Part shown: piece by piece, positions 31,677 through 40,889 of the stretch
How positions within the stretch are numbered: the first letter of the stretch is position 1
How the letters are laid out: the number at the start of each line of letters is the position of its first letter
The notes under the pieces: generated by a model
Databases searched by the model: none
The model's input: only the letters and a program-made list of their open reading frames with translations
Told to the model about the DNA's origin: nothing
Position numbers and translations under genes: made by a program
IMG/VR virus record: IMGVR_UViG_3300043446_003513
Coordinates: 1-64,000 of that record
Reading direction: 5' to 3' (one strand)
From: a virus
Length of the DNA stretch: 64,000 nt

Positions 31677-31690
31677 GTTTCACATGAAAC
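31677..31690. promoter_or_regulatory. parS-like palindrome
   Basis: GTTTCACATGAAAC, one mismatch to GTTTCACGTGAAAC. Confidence 0.35.
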
Positions 31691-31808
31691 AATATTCTAG
31701 TCAACTGCTTTTTTAGATTTCATAAAATGTTAATATAATTTTTATTTGTATGATCCAGCCCGCTGACAAATCGGACATTTAGGATAGTCCGCCCATATTG
31801 CTGACCTT

Positions 31809-31824
31809 TGTGAGCCATATCACA
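31809..31824. promoter_or_regulatory. CRP/GlxR-type site
   Basis: TGTGA-gccata-TCACA, perfect consensus. Confidence 0.55.
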
Positions 31825-32209
31825 CACTTTTTCTAAATTATTTTTGAGAATGTCCGAATTGTTAGCATTTTAGATTTGATTTTGTCGGTGGCTTCTGCCA
31901 GACTTGAGGTATCAAGATAAAGAAAGGAAGTCGCAAAATGAGCAACATGAAGCGATATATCGAGGAAGTCGAAGGCGAAACCTTTGACCAAGCACTAGAG
32001 GCTCTGGTAGCCTTTTATCATCAAGAATTAGAACTAGAGAAAGAAGGTAAGTAATATGTTTGATATAGAGAACGATAGCGACTACTGGAGTAGTCAATTA
32101 CCCGCCTCCGTTTATCGCAACGGATACCTTAGCGAAAAGCGCAAGAAAGAAATACGCGAAGCAGTTGCTCGCGTACAAGGTAGAACACTAGAGAACGGAA
32201 ATAAATAAT

Positions 32210-32416
32210 ATGGCTAAATTATATTCAGTAGAAAGTTTGCTAATTGGCAAACGATACGATTCCGCTAGCCTCAATGGTGTAATCGTAAATGCTACCGAAA
32301 CCGATAAAGTTTGGTTTGGTAGTGGATTAGATTCTTATCTCGTAGAGATTAGAGAGGATGGTAGTTTCATCAACACCTTCCGCTATGTTGCCGTAAAGAA
32401 TGGAGAGCTAGTATGA
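32210..32416 (+). CDS. Early hypothetical protein, paralog of 33320..33517
   Basis: MAKLYSVESLLIGKRYDSASL...RYVAV. Confidence 0.75.
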   Translation: MAKLYSVESLLIGKRYDSASLNGVIVNATETDKVWFGSGLDSYLVEIREDGSFINTFRYVAVKNGELV

Positions 32417-32578
32417 AAATAACCTACACACTTTGGATGGGCTCTAGAATTATAGGTAACGGATTAGTTGCCTATAAAGTAGAGGAAATAAACGAGATGA
32501 TAGATGAACTAAAGAAACTAGATAACCTAATCGAGCCACACGCAACAATTCTAAAAGTAGAGAACGGAGATAACTAAA

Positions 32579-32758
32579 GTGTATTCATTCGACACCATCA
32601 ACGATTCAGAATATAAATATGAGAGCATTCAGGATTATTATCCGCTAGAGGAATTGGTAGAGGAATCAGACCCTATAGACCCTATCGAATACTACCTTTC
32701 CGACATAGAGCAAGAGCAACGCGATTGGGAAGAAGACGACGGGTGGATGTTCTTATGA
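32579..32758 (+). CDS. Very acidic small early protein (59 aa)
   Basis: Manual translation from GTG; 20 D/E versus 2 K/R. Confidence 0.55.
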   Translation: MYSFDTINDSEYKYESIQDYYPLEELVEESDPIDPIEYYLSDIEQEQRDWEEDDGWMFL

Positions 32759-33319
32759 GAGCCCTAGTATTCCTAACCCTTGCCTCGTGGGTGTATCTGA
32801 ACTACCTATGGCTAAAGGCAAGGGCTAAGGGCTAAGGGCGGGCCGAGATCGGGTTACGGCACAATAATAAAAAATCCCAGAAAGGAAAATGAAATGAAAA
32901 TAGATCAATACGGAGTAATGCTAGACTTTGGCGATACGCTATATATCTCGTCATCGTGGTTAGGGGTTCTTAGCCTAGCTGTTGTGTATGGCGTGTATAG
33001 AGTAGTAAAATACTACTACCTCTAAAAAAGGGGAAAATATTCGTGTAACGCGTTCGGGCGTGTCGCCTGAACGCAAAACGGACAAATGGCCCACTCTTTT
33101 GAGGGGGCTTTTGTCCTATTATGTCCGATATTCAAAAATCCCTGAAAGTTTGACCATTTTACGGGCGTGTCGATTTGACAGACAAAACGGACATATAGGA
33201 TGTGACGCACACCACAAAAATATTTTTCAAGATGTCCGATTTGATAGCATTTCTAATTTGATAATGTCGGTGGGTTCGTGTATCGTAGTACCTATCAACC
33301 TAGAGAAAGAAGGTTCATC

Positions 33320-33517
33320 ATGGCAAACCTCTACACAGTAGAAGAATTGCTAGTTGGCAAGCGTTACAATTCTGCCAGCCTCGCTGGTGTTATCATCAGC
33401 GCAACAAAGACCGATAAGGTCTATTATCAAAACGCCGAAACCTATTTGGTAGAGGTGCGAGAAGATGGCGGATTTATTCGCCACCCTTATCGCTATGTAG
33501 CAGTTAGGGGGGAATAA
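33320..33517 (+). CDS. Early hypothetical protein, paralog of 32210..32416
   Basis: MANLYTVEELLVGKRYNSASL...RYVAV; RBS gaagg. Confidence 0.75.
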   Translation: MANLYTVEELLVGKRYNSASLAGVIISATKTDKVYYQNAETYLVEVREDGGFIRHPYRYVAVRGE

Positions 33518-33639
33518 CATGGCAGATATGTTTATTTTCCGCATGGATTCAGAGGGAGCGGGCTGGGCTAATTTCTCAGACGCTACCCCTGAGGAAATCC
33601 TAAATTTGGAAATCGGTCTATATAATGAAATGGGGAAAA

Positions 33640-33807
33640 ATGCTAACTAGAAAACACTTTCAGGCAACGGCAGAAATTCTAAATACCCACCGCAAATTTA
33701 TACACCCCGCCGCTTATCAAAGTCTAATCAAAGAATTTGCCAAAGTTTATTCGGAGGAAAATCCCTCGTTTGATCCCGTCAAATTTGCCAAGGTAGTTTA
33801 TAAATAA
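33640..33807 (+). CDS. Early hypothetical protein
   Basis: MLTRKHF...ENPSFDPVKF; similar to the C-terminus of 53289..53738. Confidence 0.65.
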   Translation: MLTRKHFQATAEILNTHRKFIHPAAYQSLIKEFAKVYSEENPSFDPVKFAKVVYK

Positions 33808-33855
33808 ATGTCGGTGGCTTCCGCTATAATCTAACCAGTAACGAAAGGAAACGAA

Positions 33856-34053
33856 ATGAATAAATACAAAGTGTTCTTAGAAACTTATGTTGAGGCAGAG
33901 GATTATCTCAAAGCCGCTTTCGCGGCGTTTCATAAGTTAGACCCATTGGGTGATGTTCAGTTTCAGTTTGAGATTGTAGATGTTCATCACTTTACCAGCG
34001 AAGGCTGGAAATCCCCCACGGGAATTGTTGAGATGTTAGAGAGGTATCGCTAA
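33856..34053 (+). CDS. Early hypothetical protein
   Basis: RBS aacgaaaggaa and its own promoter. Confidence 0.7.
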   Translation: MNKYKVFLETYVEAEDYLKAAFAAFHKLDPLGDVQFQFEIVDVHHFTSEGWKSPTGIVEMLERYR

Positions 34054-34608
34054 AATGTTTTTTGTAATCGTATTTGGTTTGGGTGTATTGACTACACTTC
34101 TCGGAACAGCTCTCGCATTATTGTTTTTTGATTTGGAGGACTAATGAAAAAATGTAGTTTGTGTCGCAAATATCGAATTCTAAAAAATGCGTATTTGTGT
34201 GCGGAGTGTAATCAGCTTATTCGCGGCGACCTCAAGTAGTAAAAAAGCCGAATATTTTCGTGTAACGCGTTCGGGCGTGTCGCCCAGTATTTTGCGGCCT
34301 CTTAGATCTTGTTACGACACGAAAAAATATTTCCCCAAAACTTGATTATTGTCGGTGCGTTGTGCTATTGTTTTCCTATCAACAAAAGGAGCTCATATGC
34401 GTAACTGCGTTTATTGTAAAAAAGAAACCACCCTCTTTACCACCGACGACGGTGAGTACTACTACCCCGTATGTAACGAGTGTGGATAGGAGCCCACGTT
34501 TTTGCGGCCCCCAAGATCTGCTTACGGCGCAACACGCCGATTTCCTGAAATTTGGATAATGTCGGTGCGGTGTGCTATTATCTGCTTATCAACTACGAAA
34601 GGAAAAAA

Positions 34609-34779
34609 ATGGATAATCTCTTCGATTCCTACGACGGCTCTGACGAGGCTTGGGCTGACCCAGCTGAGCAGGAGGATTGGGTCGATACCGACCTTTTCTA
34701 CGAGAGCGTTTCTGATTCGGACGCCCTCATCTCTATCGGTTGGGGCACCGATGAGGACTACGGGTACTACGGGGAGTAA
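34609..34779 (+). CDS. Very acidic small early protein (56 aa)
   Basis: RBS acgaaaggaa; 18 D/E and no K/R. Confidence 0.7.
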   Translation: MDNLFDSYDGSDEAWADPAEQEDWVDTDLFYESVSDSDALISIGWGTDEDYGYYGE

Positions 34780-34931
34780 TCCCCGCTAGGCCCACGTTTT
34801 TGGCGGCATTTTTTCTCTGTTACGGAGATCACAAAAAAATTCCTGGATTCTGTCCAGAAACGCCCAATTTTAGATTAGGTTATGTCGGTTAGCGATGATA
34901 CAATATACGCACCAACAACGAAAGGTAAAAA

Positions 34932-35225
34932 ATGGAACAACCGCTTATCAGCAAAATGCTTGACCACGCTATTGAGGCTATTCACTCTGATGATGTTACA
35001 GAATCTGCTCGTCGTATTATCAATACAGAATACGCAAATGTTGATGATAAGATTCGTGACCTCTTTGCTTACTCGCAAGAACTCTGCTCAATGTTCATCA
35101 CCAAATATCTTTGTGCTAACTACACCGATGAGCAAATCGAGCAACTACAAAATGATGTTGAGGAATATATGGGCTATCAACTCAGCGATGAAATTGAGCA
35201 ATTCCTACTTGCTGGGGGTGAGTAA
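34932..35225 (+). CDS. Early hypothetical protein
   Basis: RBS aacgaaagg; acidic. Confidence 0.7.
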   Translation: MEQPLISKMLDHAIEAIHSDDVTESARRIINTEYANVDDKIRDLFAYSQELCSMFITKYLCANYTDEQIEQLQNDVEEYMGYQLSDEIEQFLLAGGE

Positions 35226-35226
35226 T

Positions 35227-35439
35227 ATGGAGAATAAGTTTATTCACGAAACAACAGTTGTGTTTCAGCACGAAATCTCTCTTGATGAATTTTCAGAAAT
35301 TCTACAATATGGTGAGGAGCATATCAAATCAATGCTCGACACTATGGTGTATGAAATTTTCAAGTTGCGAGAAACTGAAGCCGAAGTAAACGAACACGGA
35401 ACCAAGGCGTTTTGTAGAATCAAGGAGGTGTCTCGATGA
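35227..35439 (+). CDS. Early hypothetical protein
   Basis: True start ATG 35227 (MENKFIH), following the previous stop. Confidence 0.6.
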   Translation: MENKFIHETTVVFQHEISLDEFSEILQYGEEHIKSMLDTMVYEIFKLRETEAEVNEHGTKAFCRIKEVSR

Positions 35440-35665
35440 GCTTAGAAACACTACAGTATCTTTGCGAAGTTTTCGATTGGTCAACTGATGTAGATAATGA
35501 AGGTCAACTAATTATTTACACGGGAATCTATAACTCGTAATGTTGGGAAGCCGCCCTTCGGGGCGGTGATCCCACTCTTTTGCGGGGTTTTTGATCGTGT
35601 TACGTAGTTATAGAAAATGTCCCTGCCATGTGGTAGAATAATCCCACCAAGAACGAAAGGCAACA

Positions 35666-36382
35666 ATGAAACTCAAACGCTCTAACGATAGGAAGGTCGC
35701 TAATGCGGTATCGAAAAACGGAAAAACACCCGCTATTGCTAATACTTTTGGGCTACCTGCTGGGAAGAATTTCTCATGTCCTGGCGCTACTAGCGTATGC
35801 GAAAGTGTCTGCTACGCAGGAAAGCTTGAAAAACTCTACAAAGGAGTAAAAAATAATCTTCTCCATAACTGGGAATTACTAAAAGACGCTGATTTTGATA
35901 GCATGCTCTTATTGCTTGACGATATGATTGTAGATTTCATTGATGATTGCACTAAGCGTAATGCGCCTAAATTATTCCGCATTCATTGGGATGGCGATTT
36001 CTTCTCCGATACTTATGCGTACGCATGGCGTGTAATTATTACTAATCACCCAGATGTTCAATTCTGGGTATACACTCGTGTAAAGTCTGCCGCCGAGATT
36101 CTTCAAGGCATTGAAAACTTATCTCTTTATTATTCTACCGATTCAGAAAATAAAGATATCGCTCAAGAATTATCTAATAAGGGCGTAAAGCTTGCATACC
36201 TTGCTACAACTTTTGCAATGGCAAAGGAAGACATGCTAAACCTTATCGGAAAGTCTGGTGTAAAGTGTCCTGAGAATAATAAAAAGATTCCGCTAATATC
36301 AGTCAACGGGTCTGCGTGTGTTACTTGCGGGCAATGCGTATATGAGCGTAACGATATTCTATTCTCCGCAACTAAAAAATAA
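35666..36382 (+). CDS. GP88-like Cys-rich phage protein
   Basis: CPGATSVCESVCYA, FRIHWDGDFFS, FWVYTR, ACVTCGQC. Confidence 0.75.
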   Translation: MKLKRSNDRKVANAVSKNGKTPAIANTFGLPAGKNFSCPGATSVCESVCYAGKLEKLYKGVKNNLLHNWELLKDADFDSMLLLLDDMIVDFIDDCTKRNAPKLFRIHWDGDFFSDTYAYAWRVIITNHPDVQFWVYTRVKSAAEILQGIENLSLYYSTDSENKDIAQELSNKGVKLAYLATTFAMAKEDMLNLIGKSGVKCPENNKKIPLISVNGSACVTCGQCVYERNDILFSATKK

Positions 36383-36671
36383 GGAAGGAAAAATAAATGG
36401 ATCAAGATGTAAAAGATTGGGAAGATCGTATAGAGCTCTCTCATATTGAACAATTAGAAAAGTTTGGCTGGTGTGTTTGCGAAGATACAAATGGAGAAGG
36501 CCAAATGGCAGAGGATTGCCCTCCTAATTAGGAGGGCCCACTATTTTGGGGGGTCTTGTCAAGTGTTACGGACATCACATTTATTTTCCTGGATTGCCTT
36601 TACAAATGTCGGTGGGGTCGAGTATAATATACCCATAACTTCATACAACTACTATCGAAAGGAAATGCCAC

Positions 36672-37091
36672 ATGGCAAGAGGTAAAGCAATAAATGTAAA
36701 GATTGCCACAGCAAAGGTAATCAAAGCACTAGAAACAAAGTTAGCACAAATCAAAAAAGACAAGGCTAACCAAAAATCTAACGAGGAAAAGTATAAGAAG
36801 GAAGTTGAGAAGTGGGGCAAAGAACTTGCCAAACTTGCGCTTACTAAAATTAGTAAGGCAGAAAATCTTTCTGCCACTACGCGATATAACAATGATGTTT
36901 ATATCAACTTTACTTTACCTGCTGGAACCATCACAGTACCTGATGAGCCCGAAAGAAATTTCGAGGTAATTTATGACCACAACTATCGTGAGATGGTAGA
37001 GGAAATTGAGAACGCAATTCGTATTCTCAAAATGACCGACGAGGAAACAGTAAGCACCTCAACTTACAACTCTATCGCTAAATATCTCTAA
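36672..37091 (+). CDS. Early hypothetical protein
   Basis: RBS cgaaaggaa; 139 aa; GC-rich hairpin follows at 37098-37126. Confidence 0.75.
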   Translation: MARGKAINVKIATAKVIKALETKLAQIKKDKANQKSNEEKYKKEVEKWGKELAKLALTKISKAENLSATTRYNNDVYINFTLPAGTITVPDEPERNFEVIYDHNYREMVEEIENAIRILKMTDEETVSTSTYNSIAKYL

Positions 37092-37144
37092 CTAGAATTG
37101 GGGAGGGACACGGACACCCTCCCCAAATATCCGCTAGGCGGTTT

Positions 37145-37273
37145 GGTGCTGAGCAACACCTAAGGTAAAAATGGCTACCTCACCTGAGTATGTGAAGGCT
37201 AAACTACTCACCAAGTGTATCTCCCAGTGCCATGGCGAGGGAGGCAGTTCCTGAGCATGAACTGAAACTGCTC
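37145..37273 (+). ncRNA. Tandem small H-type pseudoknot motifs (37178-37209, 37245-37273; degenerate copy at 37145)
   Basis: P1-CT-GAGYA-T-P1'-AAAC-TRCTC; P1 stems differ between copies but stay paired. Confidence 0.55.
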
Positions 37274-37296
37274 ACCACTACTAACAAAGGAAAGAA

Positions 37297-37557
37297 ATGG
37301 CAAACCGATATCGAGTAGAGATATTCGACGAAATGAAGTCAAACGATTTGACGATTTACTCAGATACAAATGTTGATAAGGATTTACTAACTGAAATGGT
37401 ATTTAGTAATATCAGCAAGTTTGAGGGAAATATCAGCGCATTCGTTTATGATAATGAAAAAAAGAAAAAGACAACTGTTCTAATCCTTCCTTGGGAAACT
37501 GTAAGAAACATCAACTCCAAAATTCGTTGGGGATATGAGGCGCTGGGTCTCTCCTGA
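37297..37557 (+). CDS. Early hypothetical protein
   Basis: RBS aaaggaaa. Confidence 0.7.
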   Translation: MANRYRVEIFDEMKSNDLTIYSDTNVDKDLLTEMVFSNISKFEGNISAFVYDNEKKKKTTVLILPWETVRNINSKIRWGYEALGLS

Positions 37558-37685
37558 GATCCAGTTGCCCACGTTTTTGTGGCCACATTTTATCTGTTAC
37601 GTACGCGATCAACATTCCCCAAAATAAGCTTTACAATGTCGTACCCTGCTGATATAATTCAACTAATCTAATCGAAAGGAAACCA

Positions 37686-38693
37686 ATGGCTCATAATCTC
37701 GAAGTCGAGAATGGCGAAGTTGCTTTTGCGCTACGCGGAACCCCCGCTTGGCACAATCTCGCCAATCGTATTTTCTCACAAGATGAGGAAGTATCTACAC
37801 AAACAATGCTATCAGAAGCGAAACTATCTAATTGGGATGTTCGCCTATCTCCAGTAACCGACCACATTCCTAGCGAATGGAATGATGTTAGCGGGGCACA
37901 ATATGTTCTTCGTACTAACCCATTCAATCAAGGAACTGATGTTCTATCCGTAGTTGGTTCTCGCTATCAAGTAATTCAGAATGAAGATTTATTTTCGTTT
38001 GCTGATAATGTTCTTGACGGGGATTCCCGTTGCGCTTGGGAATCTGCTGGTTCTCTAAAGAATGGTAAAGTTGTATTCGGCTCTCTTACTGTTCCCCGCG
38101 AAATGGTGTTAGACCCACAAGGTGCTAACGATACAACTAAACTGTATCTTATCGTTTGGACTTCACACGATGGTTCTGTTGCGGTTCAGGCAGCAATTAC
38201 TCCTGTTCGTGTTGTATGCCAAAATACTCTCAATCTTGCTATGCGTAACGCTAAACAATCATTCAAGATTCGCCACACGCAGACCGCTGACGGCAAGATT
38301 CAAGTTGCCCGCGAAACCCTCGGACTTACATTCGGATATTTTGATGAGTTTGAGAAACAAGCGCAGGAACTATTCAAGCAAGAGATTTCCGACAAGGATT
38401 TTTCTAAACTGCTAACCACTATCTATCCTAAGCCAGAGGCTGACGCTAAAAATGCTCTCAAGCGTTGGGAAAATAAAGTCGTATTGCTTGATGACCTTTA
38501 TTTCAATTCACCTACCAATGCTAACATCAAGGGCACAAAGTGGGGAGCGTTCAATGCGCTAACTGAACGCCTTGATTATTTCCGTTCAACTCGTAAGAGC
38601 AATACGGAATCTAAATGGGCTTCCGCTTCAGGGTTTGACCCAATCATTACTGCCGAAAAGAATAAGATTCTTCAGGTTGTAAAAGCGTTCTAG
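37686..38693 (+). CDS. DUF932/DUF945-family phage-plasmid protein
   Basis: MAHNLE, PAWH.L, VGSRY..IQNED.F, ESAGSL..G..VF, SHDGS, TPVRVVCQNTL, IRHT, GT.WGAFNALTE..D. Confidence 0.88.
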   Translation: MAHNLEVENGEVAFALRGTPAWHNLANRIFSQDEEVSTQTMLSEAKLSNWDVRLSPVTDHIPSEWNDVSGAQYVLRTNPFNQGTDVLSVVGSRYQVIQNEDLFSFADNVLDGDSRCAWESAGSLKNGKVVFGSLTVPREMVLDPQGANDTTKLYLIVWTSHDGSVAVQAAITPVRVVCQNTLNLAMRNAKQSFKIRHTQTADGKIQVARETLGLTFGYFDEFEKQAQELFKQEISDKDFSKLLTTIYPKPEADAKNALKRWENKVVLLDDLYFNSPTNANIKGTKWGAFNALTERLDYFRSTRKSNTESKWASASGFDPIITAEKNKILQVVKAF

Positions 38694-38699
38694 TACGCA

Positions 38700-38726
38700 A
38701 CTCCTGGGTATGAGTATAAACTGCCT
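38700..38726 (+). ncRNA. Further copy of the pseudoknot motif, directly 5' of tRNA-Asp
   Basis: actc-CT-GGGTA-T-gagt-at-AAAC-TGCCT. Confidence 0.5.
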
Positions 38727-38730
38727 TCCT

Positions 38731-38803
38731 GGCCCATTAGCTTAGCGGTTAAAGCGCTACCCTGTCACGGTAGAGATCGTCGGTTCAAATCCGATATGGG
38801 TCG
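38731..38803 (+). tRNA. tRNA-Asp(GTC)
   Basis: Acceptor GGCCCAT/ATGGGTC, anticodon loop CT-GTC-AC, T-loop GGTTCAAATCC; CCA not encoded. Confidence 0.92.
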
Positions 38804-38920
38804 CCCCCAAAATCATGGGTGCAAAAATGCTTTTACGCAACCCAAAAATATTTTCCCGAAATGCTTGATATTGTCAGTGGCCTCGTGTATACTTCTGCCA
38901 ACAGAACGAAAGGAATAAAT

Positions 38921-39382
38921 ATGGACGAGTTTGTAGAGTTATCATATGATGAGTGGGTAGATACTTATAGGCCTATCAAAAATCATATTGACCCAAATGC
39001 TTCTATGGACGGCTATATGTTTGAGACGTATGATTCAGAGAAAGACTTTGTAAAGCAATCTTTCCCCGAATATATTTGGACTTATGGCGATGGTGATGAC
39101 GGCGGTATGTATATTTGGAATGGTTATGGAATTGTAAATCGCATTGGTTATTTTGTAACTGAGATTCCTTGCCCGCCAAAAACTACTATTCAGGTATTGG
39201 TATCTCATAACTGGTATTACTGCGAGAGCTGCGGTTCAGAAACAGAAGACCCAGATAATCTAATTAGAGATTCATTTCAGGATATTGACTTAGATAAGTG
39301 TCCTAACTGTGCTACCGCTGAGGAGCTAACAACCGCTGGCTTTACTCAAATAAGAGAAGGGCTCTGGAGCGTGGGTCAGTAA
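38921..39382 (+). CDS. Early hypothetical protein with Zn-ribbon
   Basis: RBS aacgaaaggaa; CESC...CPNC. Confidence 0.7.
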   Translation: MDEFVELSYDEWVDTYRPIKNHIDPNASMDGYMFETYDSEKDFVKQSFPEYIWTYGDGDDGGMYIWNGYGIVNRIGYFVTEIPCPPKTTIQVLVSHNWYYCESCGSETEDPDNLIRDSFQDIDLDKCPNCATAEELTTAGFTQIREGLWSVGQ

Positions 39383-39460
39383 TGACCCACAGGATCGTGG
39401 CGAGACTTGTGCTTGTCAGTGGCAACTGCTATACTACACCCAATCAACGAAAGGAAGGCA

Positions 39461-39883
39461 ATGTACCAAGACAATAACCCAATTGTCGATAAACCGATAC
39501 CGACATTGGAAGAGCAATACAAGCAAGAAATGGAATTAAGATATGGTAGCGAAATTACTATATTAAACAATAAGTTACACGACCGTAATCAACGCATATC
39601 TGATTTCAACACTAACATCAACGCTGTTCGTGATTATCTAGTTGAGAATTATGATGAACTAGAAGGTCACGCTGATTCTATCGCCGACCTTCTTGGCGTA
39701 GATTTAACTAAAACAACTACTTTCACAGTTGTCGCAACTTACACAGTTGAAATTACTCACGACATTAATCATTTGCCAACTGACTTTGATTTCGCAATTG
39801 GTTGGTCTAATGGACTTGAATACAATGGTGAAGGCGACATTGAAATTATTGATTCAGACATAACTGAGATTCACGAGGTATAA
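39461..39883 (+). CDS. Early hypothetical protein
   Basis: RBS aacgaaaggaag; start ATG 39461. Confidence 0.7.
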   Translation: MYQDNNPIVDKPIPTLEEQYKQEMELRYGSEITILNNKLHDRNQRISDFNTNINAVRDYLVENYDELEGHADSIADLLGVDLTKTTTFTVVATYTVEITHDINHLPTDFDFAIGWSNGLEYNGEGDIEIIDSDITEIHEV

Positions 39884-40113
39884 TGTTCTATCGACTTAAG
39901 GCAAAGAATAAGGTCTCATTTAATGGGGCCTTATTCACCGCAGACATAAATGGACTTGACCCTGATAACTTTAACCCAAAAGAATATATATTTGAAATTG
40001 GAACGGGAAAGGTGGAAAAAGTTTCACGCTTGATTTCTCAATACAATTTAGATATACTTGTCGAATCGGACTACGCACCAAATCAATATGCGTATCTAGT
40101 GGAAGGGGTATAA
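39883..40113 (+). CDS. Early hypothetical protein
   Basis: Translationally coupled ORF. Confidence 0.65.
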   Translation: MFYRLKAKNKVSFNGALFTADINGLDPDNFNPKEYIFEIGTGKVEKVSRLISQYNLDILVESDYAPNQYAYLVEGV

Positions 40114-40258
40114 TGTCTGACAGTTATCAAGAAGGATACGCAGACGGCTATAAGTTTGCTCGTGATGAAATCATTGAGAAACTAAGAGAAATAGATATTG
40201 ACGATATCGATGGCTGGCTATTAGATAAGTTATCTGACATGATTGAGAGAAACGACAT

Positions 40259-40453
40259 ATGACAGAAGAATGGATCGGCTGCGATAAATGTTCAGTAGCA
40301 CAGGCTAGGTATTTATTGAGAGGTGTTGAAGGGGATTTATATTTCTGCCACCACCACTATAACAGTTTCAAGGGTGGCCTAGACAAATGGTCCTTTGAAA
40401 TGATAGAATTGAACAAGAAGGAAGAAACACCACAACTAGAAAAGGCGGAATAA
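40259..40453 (+). CDS. Small Zn-binding protein
   Basis: CDKC...LYFCHHH. Confidence 0.65.
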   Translation: MTEEWIGCDKCSVAQARYLLRGVEGDLYFCHHHYNSFKGGLDKWSFEMIELNKKEETPQLEKAE

Positions 40454-40454
40454 T

Positions 40455-40859
40455 ATGGGAGACAGAGCAAACTTTGGATTTGTGCAGCCTAACGGTCACA
40501 CAATTGTATTGTATGGGCACTGGGCTGGTGAGAATATGCTAGCTAATTTAGCAGATGCAGTTAATGCAGCTCGTCCTCGTTGGGGCGATTCATCATATGC
40601 GACACGTATTGCAATTAGTCAATTAATTGGCAATGAATGGAACGGTGAGCTTGGCTGGGGTTTGGCCGTAGATGAGATTCTAGACAATGAGCACCACATT
40701 GCAATTGTTGATTTTGAACAGCAAATATTTTCTCTTCATCCTGAGGATGAGCACGTCAACAAGGATAACAAGGTTAGGGGAATGCGTAATGAACCTAAAT
40801 TCACCATGGACCTAGATTCATTTGTGAATAAATATGGAGACGTTGTAGTTGGCGTTTGA
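40455..40859 (+). CDS. Early hypothetical protein
   Basis: MGDRAN...LYGHWAG...RWGDSSYATRI. Confidence 0.7.
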   Translation: MGDRANFGFVQPNGHTIVLYGHWAGENMLANLADAVNAARPRWGDSSYATRIAISQLIGNEWNGELGWGLAVDEILDNEHHIAIVDFEQQIFSLHPEDEHVNKDNKVRGMRNEPKFTMDLDSFVNKYGDVVVGV

Positions 40860-40885
40860 CATATTAGCCGAAGTTATTCTATAAT
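40856..40885 (+). promoter_or_regulatory. Consensus SigA-type promoter
   Basis: TTGACA-N18-TATAAT. Confidence 0.8.
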
Positions 40886-40889
40886 ATGA

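Larger units (their letters stand above)
30871..31750 (+). repeat. Two imperfect ~60-bp AT-rich direct repeats (30871-30930, 31692-31750); 14-bp core recurs at 45301
   Basis: atattctagtcRact...ttttagatt..ataaaatgtta in both copies; atattctagtcaac identical at 31692 and 45301. Confidence 0.7.
33040..34284 (+). repeat. Exact 28-bp intergenic direct repeat (33040-33067, 34257-34284)
   Basis: ttcgtgtaacgcgttcgggcgtgtcgcc twice. Confidence 0.95.

Noticed and set aside
33022-33341. ORFs spanning early intergenic cassettes (33060..33341, 33022..33210, 34502..34789, 36464..36685)
   Set aside because: They run through promoter and repeat elements and lack the local RBS
37145-37273. Hammerhead ribozyme (CTGA...GAAAC look-alike)
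   Set aside because: CUGANGA core and three-stem junction are absent; the pairing fits a pseudoknot
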